Origin: Lachnospiraceae bacterium
GTDB taxonomy: Bacteria; Bacillota; Clostridia; Lachnospirales; Lachnospiraceae
Length of the DNA: 32,000 nucleotides
Direction of reading: 5' to 3'
Assembly: GCA_051878995.1 (NCBI GenBank)
Contig: JBJELE010000025.1
Span: 97,119-129,118, forward strand
The position numbers and the translations under genes were made by a program. A model generated the notes under the pieces. That model saw only the letters and a program-made list of their open reading frames with translations. It did not search any database and had not been told where the DNA came from. Shown piece after piece: positions 26,273-32,000 of the stretch (position 1 is the first letter of the stretch; every line of letters begins with the position of its first letter).

Positions 26273-27148
26273 TCAGATATCATTTCGGAACGTAGTCACA
26301 AATACCTGTTTTGCCATCCCTCTTTGCTCTATTGCCTGCGCTGCATGCTCTGTCAGCTCCCGGTTGGTATAAATACCGAACACCGTAGGGCCGCTGCCAC
26401 TCATCAGCGCATTGGCGGCTCCCTTCTGCCGCATCAATTCTTTGATTTCTTCTATAATAGGATATTCCCTGACAGTAACCGTCTCCAACACATTACCCAG
26501 CCTGTCTGTTATCCCCTGCAAATTTCCTGTCGCAAGTGCCTCAATCATACCATCAATATCCGGATGGCATGTCAAAGAATCGGCATGCAGATTCTCGTAT
26601 ACAAACTTGGTGGAAACATTGATGTCCGGCTTCGCCACCACCAGATGACATGCCGGCGGTGTAGGCAGGGGGCTTAGTATCTCACCGATTCCTTCAGACA
26701 ACATGGTGCCGCCCACAATGCAGTATGGAATATCGGCTCCCAGTCTGACACCCAGCTTCTGTAATTCTTCCGTACTGTAACCCAGTTCAAATAATTGGTT
26801 CAAGCCCCTCATGGTTGCTGCCGCATCGGAGCTTCCTCCTGCCATTCCCGCTGCAATGGGAATCCGTTTCGTCAGGGTAATGCTGACACCTTCCGTAATA
26901 TGCTTTTCCTTCATCAGAAGATCAGCCGCCTTATAAATCAGATTATCCTGATTGACAGGAAGTTCTTCCTTATCTGTCCGGATCAGAATGCCGGGCTTCG
27001 TTGTTCTTTCCAAAATCAGGTCATCACAGATATCTACCGTCTGCATGATCATTCTGACCTCATGATAGCCGTCTTCCCTGCGCCGCAGTACATCCAGCCC
27101 GATGTTAATTTTCGCATATGCCTTCTGGGTTATCCGCTGCATATCCAT
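26273..27148 (-). CDS. ispE: 4-(cytidine 5'-diphospho)-2-C-methyl-D-erythritol kinase
   Basis: AYAKINIGLDVLRRREDGYHEV and the GHMP motif PIAAGMAGGSSDAAA. ATG 27148 follows AGAAAGGAAACA; the upstream ATG at 27169 lacks an SD. Confidence 0.93.
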   Translation of the reverse strand: MDMQRITQKAYAKINIGLDVLRRREDGYHEVRMIMQTVDICDDLILERTTKPGILIRTDKEELPVNQDNLIYKAADLLMKEKHITEGVSITLTKRIPIAAGMAGGSSDAAATMRGLNQLFELGYSTEELQKLGVRLGADIPYCIVGGTMLSEGIGEILSPLPTPPACHLVVAKPDINVSTKFVYENLHADSLTCHPDIDGMIEALATGNLQGITDRLGNVLETVTVREYPIIEEIKELMRQKGAANALMSGSGPTVFGIYTNRELTEHAAQAIEQRGMAKQVFVTTFRNDI

Positions 27149-27230
27149 TGTTTCCTTTCTAACCGTCATGTCGTCTGTTTTATCGCTTGATTTATGAACA
27201 TAATATAATTGCTATGTACAGATTGCACTT

Positions 27231-27281
27231 TGTATACACAAGATTGTATTTAATTATATACAATACAAAACCATTCGTCAA
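27231..27281 (-). promoter_or_regulatory. ispE operon promoter overlapped by GT..AC-type palindromes (candidate GntR operators)
   Basis: Minus strand reads TTGACG (27276-27281)-17 nt-TATAAT (27253-27258). Inverted repeat ATTGTAT-N8-ATACAAT (27243-27249 / 27258-27264) brackets the -10 box. Palindrome TGTATACA at 27231-27238 lies just downstream of the predicted start site. Confidence 0.5.
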
Positions 27282-27346
27282 CTGTGGCCATTCACCAAAT
27301 AGCAACATCCGATTTATTCCTGTAAGTGCTTGTATTCTATTTAGGA

Positions 27347-27375
27347 TTGCGCCCCAATAAGCAGTGTTTTATAAT
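27347..27375 (+). promoter_or_regulatory. Sigma-A-type promoter preceding the structured RNA candidate
   Basis: TTGCGC-cccaataagcagtgttt (17 nt)-TATAAT. The predicted start is near 27382. Confidence 0.5.
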
Positions 27376-27381
27376 ATATGT

Positions 27382-27476
27382 GATGTCAGTTCCGGGAGGA
27401 GTGCGGCGTGTTCGTACTGCCAGTGTCTAGGTTCACACTTTTAGATTATCCCGTAGAACACTTGGCAGCTGACATC
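27382..27476 (+). ncRNA. Candidate structured RNA (unclassified; sRNA or 5'-UTR element)
   Basis: Nested long-range helices: GATGTCAG (27382-27389) with CTGACATC (27469-27476), and CTGCCAGTGT (27417-27426) with ACACTTGGCAG (27458-27468, one bulge). Small GNRA-capped hairpin UCC-GGGA-GGA at 27391-27400. It starts exactly at the predicted transcription start. Strand and function are unproven. Confidence 0.35.
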
Positions 27477-27665
27477 CCCTTACGGGCAGCATCAATGTCA
27501 TGAATTCGACTTTTATTGTCATCAAATGTAATATATTTATATTTTTACTTCTAATTTTATTCAAACAATGGTACGATATAATATACAGAGATAGGAATTT
27601 TTTCCTATGCAACAGTAACACAAAACCATGATGAAACAAGAATAGTATTCCAAGGAGGGATAACA

Positions 27666-28301
27666 ATGAGCGTAAACGGAATTACAAGTACATCTACTGC
27701 TTATGAAACATATCAGGCTTCCCAGCCTGTGAAAACAAAAGCAGAAACCGCTACTGCCAATGTGACTGAAACAGAAGATGTGGCAGCTGTCTATGAACCA
27801 TCCAAAGAGAGCGAAACAAGCAAATCCCAGTCTGTGAATTATGCACAGAATACAGAGTTGGTCAATAAACTGAAAGCCGATGCAGAAGCACACACACAGC
27901 AGTTACAGAATATCGTACAGCAGTTGATGACCAAACAGGGACAGACCTACAATACTGCTAATGATATCTGGAAATTCTTAGCAAGCGGAAACTTCACGGT
28001 AGATGCTGCAACCAAGGAGCAGGCTCAGAAAGATATTGCTGAGGACGGTTACTGGGGCGTAGAGCAAACTTCTGACAGAATCATTGATTTTGCCAAAGCT
28101 CTTACCGGCGGTGATCCCAGCAAGATTGAAGATATGCGGGAAGCTTTTAAAAAAGGCTATAAGCAGGCTGAAAAGACCTGGGGCGGCGAGTTGCCGGAGA
28201 TTTCCAAGAAAACTTATGACGCTGTCATGGAAAAATTCGATAAGATGGCAGAGGAAGCCGGTCAGACAACTAAGACAACTGAAGATACCACAACAAATTA
28301 G
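27666..28301 (+). CDS. Hypothetical protein, 211 aa (possibly DUF5610-like; tentative)
   Basis: Strong SD AAGGAGGG. Ser/Thr/Glu-rich N-terminal third, then a helical domain with DGYWGVEQTSDRIIDFAKALTGGDP...AFKKGYKQAEKTWGG. Followed by a strong terminator. Confidence 0.75.
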   Translation: MSVNGITSTSTAYETYQASQPVKTKAETATANVTETEDVAAVYEPSKESETSKSQSVNYAQNTELVNKLKADAEAHTQQLQNIVQQLMTKQGQTYNTANDIWKFLASGNFTVDAATKEQAQKDIAEDGYWGVEQTSDRIIDFAKALTGGDPSKIEDMREAFKKGYKQAEKTWGGELPEISKKTYDAVMEKFDKMAEEAGQTTKTTEDTTTN

Positions 28302-28330
28302 GTATTTGTCATGTAACTACATAGCGAATA

Positions 28331-28364
28331 AAAGGAATCATCGCCGTAAGGCCATGATTCCTTT
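28331..28364. terminator. Bidirectional terminator between convergent genes
   Basis: AAAGGAATCAT-cGCC-gtaa-GGCc-ATGATTCCTTT, followed by TTTTTT on the plus strand and preceded by an A-run that serves the minus strand. Confidence 0.8.
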
Positions 28365-28370
28365 TTTTGA

Positions 28371-29927
28371 CTAAACACTTCCTTTTACCACCAGTATCTT
28401 ATCTCCGGCACAGATTTCCTCCGATACCAGTTCATTGACCTCTTTTAACTGCGCAATGGGCACATAATAGCGCTTGCCAATATCCCACAATGTATCATTC
28501 TGACCGGCGATACAGATGACCATACCCGGCAGCTCACTTAACTTATTCAGATCCAGTTCTTCCACCTTGATATCCGTTATCAGATTACTCTTTTGCACCG
28601 CAAACACAATTACTTTAAACAGAAGAGCCGCTTTCACATCCAGTTCTCCGCTGTCCAGCATGGTTACCGTAAGCTGTTCAATACTGTTGCGCAATTTAAA
28701 AATGCTGGTAGGCATAATATTTTCCGCCTCCACCACATACTGAAAGGGCAGTACATTAGTAGTGGAGTACAGCGACTTAGCACCGATGCTGCACAAATAC
28801 AGGGTAGTCACAGTCAACGTTCCCGTGATAGCAATACCATTTTCTACAATTGCCTGCTCATCAATCTGAATATCCCCCTCCGAATGGATCAACTGATACA
28901 TGGGCATTTCCGGATTCTGGATCTTGGCATGCTCCGCAATCTTGCATTTACCGCTGCCGCTCAGAAGCAGGCTCTTAAGCTGCACCTCTGTTGTCAATGC
29001 CTCGATTTCTTTATCCACACCGTATACATCTGACAATACCTCCATATTTTCTTCATCATAGAGATGGATATCCAGATCCAGTACCGGCTCAATACAGAAT
29101 ACTCTTTCTTCACCATCGAAATCCTGACGGACCTCCACATTACACTGTCCAAGGCCGTACCGGATATCCGGGATCATGTTTTCACGACAGCCATGGCACT
29201 CAATGATTCCACTGAAAGGCACCGTATTCTCATACCACAGTGTTCTGTCATTATCTCCCTCTCCCTCATATAAGAAAAAAGCCCGCATTTCCCCCTGAAC
29301 GGAAATCTTCTCTTCCAGTGCCTTGAATTCCACATGGTCAAAGGTGATATGATGCCAGATCGTCTGAAATACATTGGGCAGGTTGCCGGTCAGTTCCATT
29401 TCCTCTTTTAGCCGGAAAATATCTTTCTTCTGCAGCACAAGCTGTATAATTGGATAAGTGCGCTTGCGATATTCCACCGGTTCATCATGATAGATATCCA
29501 CCGCCGCATCCTGTTCCATATGCTCTTCTTTCTCCAGACCGATGGTAACAACAGCCTGCACACTCAGCTTCCTGGAATTGATCAGACCCACCGTGAGATC
29601 ATCAATCATCCAGTCTGTCAGAATCGTGTCGCCGTTATTCACTCCCTCCATATTAACTTTTTCTTCGAAAGGAATGGCAGCCTCCATGCTGGCACACATG
29701 CCCTCCATGTCGGTCAGATACAGTACCGATGCCACCAGCTTGCCTCTCAGATGCACCACATTCTCACCGGCGCGGATCTCCTCCATAATGATCTCGCCCT
29801 TATTGGTCAGCAGATAGCTGGCATCCGGTTTGTTATCTGAAATATTCACATCTTCTTCCAATACCATCTGGGTACCGGCTCTGCTGCTGATCCGGTCCAT
29901 ATGTATCTTCTTCTTAACTAATTCCAC
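28371..29927 (-). CDS. DUF3794 (SPOCS) domain protein with C-terminal LysM; SipL/SpoVID-like spore-coat morphogenetic protein
   Basis: GTG start at 29927 (VELVKKKIHMDRISS..., the usual N-terminus of this family), 6 nt after GGAGGG. C-terminal LysM (ICIAGQNDTLWDIGKRYYVPIAQLKEVNEL...GDKILV). The architecture matches C. difficile SipL. Confidence 0.82.
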   Translation of the reverse strand: MELVKKKIHMDRISSRAGTQMVLEEDVNISDNKPDASYLLTNKGEIIMEEIRAGENVVHLRGKLVASVLYLTDMEGMCASMEAAIPFEEKVNMEGVNNGDTILTDWMIDDLTVGLINSRKLSVQAVVTIGLEKEEHMEQDAAVDIYHDEPVEYRKRTYPIIQLVLQKKDIFRLKEEMELTGNLPNVFQTIWHHITFDHVEFKALEEKISVQGEMRAFFLYEGEGDNDRTLWYENTVPFSGIIECHGCRENMIPDIRYGLGQCNVEVRQDFDGEERVFCIEPVLDLDIHLYDEENMEVLSDVYGVDKEIEALTTEVQLKSLLLSGSGKCKIAEHAKIQNPEMPMYQLIHSEGDIQIDEQAIVENGIAITGTLTVTTLYLCSIGAKSLYSTTNVLPFQYVVEAENIMPTSIFKLRNSIEQLTVTMLDSGELDVKAALLFKVIVFAVQKSNLITDIKVEELDLNKLSELPGMVICIAGQNDTLWDIGKRYYVPIAQLKEVNELVSEEICAGDKILVVKGSV

Positions 29928-29933
29928 AAAAAA

Positions 29934-29976
29934 CCCTCCATGCGTATACTTAGTATAGTATATGACGCATGGAGGG
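29934..29976 (-). terminator. Rho-independent terminator of pyrD; its 3' arm contains the SD of the sipL-like gene
   Basis: Perfect 12-bp stem CCCUCCAUGCGU / ACGCAUGGAGGG (29965-29976 with 29934-29945), followed by UUUUUU and then immediately the GTG start at 29927. Confidence 0.75.
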
Positions 29977-29985
29977 GAGATATGA
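29957..29985 (-). promoter_or_regulatory. Sigma-E-type promoter for the sipL-like gene embedded in the pyrD terminator
   Basis: Minus strand reads TCATATC-tcccctccatgcgt (14 nt)-CATATACT, matching ZHATAXX-14-CATACAHT at 6/7 and 7/8. The -10 box is in the hairpin loop and the spacer is the 5' arm. Confidence 0.5.
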
Positions 29986-30888
29986 CTACTCCACCGCACC
30001 GATCAGGTCAGTCACATTCTCGATGCCATACTGTTTCATGTATGCTTCGATTCCCTCTACCACTTCGATGGTCGTATAAGGATTCACGAAATTCATGGCA
30101 CCTACCGCTACGGCACTGGCTCCTGCCAACAGAAATTCGATGGCATCCTCTGCATTGGCAATGCCGCCCATACCGATAATCGGAATCTTAACTGCATGAG
30201 AAGCCTGATAAACCATGCGGACTGCCACCGGCTTAATGGCCGGACCGGATAAACCGCCTGTCTTATTGGCAAGCGCGAACTTCCTCTTATGGATATCAAT
30301 CTTCATACCGGTAATGGTGTTGATCATGGACAACGCATCAGCGCCTGCTGCCTCTGCTGCCTTCGCCATCTCCGTGATATCAGTCACATTGGGGCTCAGC
30401 TTCATGATAACCGGCTGCTTAGCTTTCTTCTTAATCTGCGATGTTATATCATACAGACAGTCAGCCTTCTGTCCAAAAGCAATGGCGCCCTCCTTCACAT
30501 TGGGACAGGACACATTGATTTCCAGCATATCCACCGGTTCATCACCGAGGCGTTCCACTACCTCCAGATAATCCTCCACTGTTTTACCGCACACATTCAC
30601 GATAATCTTCGTATCATATTTTTGCAGAAAAGGAATATCCCTCTGTGCAAAGACATCGATACCGGGATTCTGTAAGCCGATGGCATTGAGCATACCGCCG
30701 TAGGTCTCTGCCACCCGGGGCGTAGGATTTCCGGGCCATGGTACATTGGCTACTCCCTTTGTCACCACCGCGCCGAGTCTGTTCAAATCTACAAAATCAC
30801 TGTATTCCATACCGGAGCCAAAGGTTCCGGAGGCTGTCATAACGGGATTATTCAGGGTTACTCCTGCGATCGTCACTTTCGTATTCAT
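29986..30888 (-). CDS. pyrD: Dihydroorotate dehydrogenase B, catalytic subunit
   Basis: MTASGTFG, NVSCPNV, KLSPNV and IIGMGGI motifs. The start overlaps the pyrK stop (UGAUG). Confidence 0.95.
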   Translation of the reverse strand: MNTKVTIAGVTLNNPVMTASGTFGSGMEYSDFVDLNRLGAVVTKGVANVPWPGNPTPRVAETYGGMLNAIGLQNPGIDVFAQRDIPFLQKYDTKIIVNVCGKTVEDYLEVVERLGDEPVDMLEINVSCPNVKEGAIAFGQKADCLYDITSQIKKKAKQPVIMKLSPNVTDITEMAKAAEAAGADALSMINTITGMKIDIHKRKFALANKTGGLSGPAIKPVAVRMVYQASHAVKIPIIGMGGIANAEDAIEFLLAGASAVAVGAMNFVNPYTTIEVVEGIEAYMKQYGIENVTDLIGAVE

Positions 30889-31676
30889 CAGATTTCCACC
30901 TCTTTCGCTTCAAATACCGGCCCGTCGGTACAGATACGTGCATTGTTTACATGGGAATGATGGTCCACCTCCCTGGTCTTGCACACACAGCCAAGACAGG
31001 CACCCACACCACAGGCCATCCTTTCTTCCAGAGAAATATACGCTTCTATGCCCTGTTCCTCGGCATACTGCTTGATTGCCCGAAGCATCGGCATAGGACC
31101 GCAGGCCATGATCACATCTGCACTTAAATGGTTTACTCGGATGGCATCCATCACATTCCCTTTAGTTCCCACACTGCCATCCTCTGTTGCAATATAGACA
31201 TTGCCATACTTTGCCAGATCCTCTTCCAGGAAAAGGTCCTTGCTACGGTAGCCCACCAGAATCTGTTTGTCGGCATCCAACTCCTTCGCCAGCTCCAGCA
31301 TAGGCGGAATACCGATACCACCGCCCATCAGGAATACTTTCTTACCCTTGGCTTTTTCAAGTGGGAACCCGTTCCCCAGTATACCCAGTATCTCCAGCGT
31401 ATCACCGGCTTTGCAGGCGGAGAACTCTGCAGTACCTTTCCCTGCGATGCGATATACAAGACGAAGCCTGTTTGCCGCCCGGTCTACCTCACATATACTG
31501 ATTGGTCTTGGCAGCAGCGTGCTTGCATTATGCGGATACACTGCAATAAACTGCCCTGCATGGGCATCCTTGACAAGCTCCGTCTCCAGCCACAGATCAA
31601 ATATCTGATCTGCTATCTGTTTCTGTGATACCACTTTTGCTTTGACTTTCTTCTTCCGTGACATATCCTGTACCAT
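30888..31676 (-). CDS. pyrK: Dihydroorotate dehydrogenase B, electron-transfer (FAD / 2Fe-2S) subunit
   Basis: FAD-binding RPISIC and NAD-like GGGIGIPP. C-terminal cluster motif MACGVGACLGCVC. Confidence 0.93.
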   Translation of the reverse strand: MVQDMSRKKKVKAKVVSQKQIADQIFDLWLETELVKDAHAGQFIAVYPHNASTLLPRPISICEVDRAANRLRLVYRIAGKGTAEFSACKAGDTLEILGILGNGFPLEKAKGKKVFLMGGGIGIPPMLELAKELDADKQILVGYRSKDLFLEEDLAKYGNVYIATEDGSVGTKGNVMDAIRVNHLSADVIMACGPMPMLRAIKQYAEEQGIEAYISLEERMACGVGACLGCVCKTREVDHHSHVNNARICTDGPVFEAKEVEI

Positions 31677-31709
31677 GCCTTTCCATAAAATTGTTTCTTA
31701 CTCTATCAA

Positions 31710-31967
31710 TCACTTATTCCGTAATAATTCTTTTCCTATGATTACCATAGAAAATAGAATCCCGGCAAAAACACATGTGACAATGTGAACCGGAGAACCG
31801 AAAAATACTAATATTCGAGCATAACATGACTGCAAAAAAGGAACTTCCAACCATAGGTTTGTATATTTTATTATAATAAAGAAACCTAAAAACAGAAAAT
31901 ATAAAACCAGAACGATAACCTCTATGATCCATAATACTAGGATTCCTTTATGATTTACAGTGCACAC
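31710..31967 (-). CDS. Possible small hydrophobic membrane protein (85 aa)
   Basis: ORF with 2-3 hydrophobic segments upstream of pyrK on the same strand. A+T-rich, no clear SD examined, near the window edge. Confidence 0.35.
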   Translation of the reverse strand: MCTVNHKGILVLWIIEVIVLVLYFLFLGFFIIIKYTNLWLEVPFLQSCYARILVFFGSPVHIVTCVFAGILFSMVIIGKELLRNK

Positions 31968-32000
31968 TGTAAAATGAAATACCCATCTTCCTATAATATA

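Noticed and set aside
27382-27410. SRP (4.5S/scRNA) domain IV resemblance: GUCAGUUCC-GGGA-GGAGUGCGGC versus GUCAGGUCC-GGAA-GGAAGCAGCC
   Set aside because: The invariant symmetric-loop nucleotides (AGCA on the 3' side, AGG on the 5' side) are not present. The GUCAG segment is instead engaged in a long-range helix.
27433-27893. Minus-strand ORFs of 77 and 110 aa in the intergenic region and antisense to the 211-aa gene
   Set aside because: Their composition is Cys/Phe/Ile/Leu-rich and low-complexity, and they have no SD. They overlap a well-supported plus-strand gene with a strong SD and terminator.
1-32000. Scan for CRISPR arrays, tRNA/rRNA genes, IS elements, integrases, reverse transcriptases and long terminal or direct repeats
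   Set aside because: None were seen by eye. The only tandem repeats are the in-frame 24-nt units in the hydrolase gene. A computational repeat and tRNA scan would be needed to be certain.

Overview
This is a Clostridia-type (Lachnospiraceae-like) chromosomal segment, transcribed almost entirely from the minus strand. All family calls come from reading motifs by eye; no searches, folding or alignments were run.

Backbone genes are recognisable with high confidence: guaA, a MATE pump, spoIIID, asnS, murI, ispE, a GntR regulator, pyrK-pyrD, a SipL-like DUF3794+LysM spore-morphogenesis protein, a CwlO-like coiled-coil NlpC/P60 hydrolase and a LysR regulator.

Two visibly A+T-rich patches interrupt the backbone. 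Spot counts of single 60-nt lines give roughly 30-42% GC in the patches against about 47-58% in guaA and the adjacent MATE gene.
- Patch A (1-11230) abuts the 3' end of guaA. It carries a partial MATE pump translationally coupled to an unknown 496-aa protein, a YjbR-family gene, a decayed gene with an in-frame TGA, a response regulator / intramembrane-sensing kinase / MacB-type ABC module, hicAB, and an unknown 201-aa gene facing an XRE repressor across palindromic operators.
- Patch B (about 14790-18300) carries a divergent MetRS-like class I tRNA ligase, an orphan DUF2442 gene with a possible DUF4160 stub, and a GNAT acetyltransferase.

I found no rRNA, tRNA, CRISPR array, transposase or integrase, and I cannot point to a complete, recognisable novel multi-gene system. 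The best candidates for something undescribed are:
1. The MetRS-like gene (KMSKS replaced by KASSS) behind a non-T-box leader that looks like a leader-peptide attenuator.
2. Two cases where a sigma-E-type promoter sits inside the upstream gene's terminator hairpin, whose 3' arm carries the Shine-Dalgarno (SD) sequence of the downstream sporulation gene (spoIIID and the sipL-like gene).
3. The XRE / unknown-201-aa / HicAB islet next to guaA.
4. A promoter-preceded structured RNA candidate at about 27.38-27.50 kb.
5. The unknown 496-aa protein coupled to a MATE pump.
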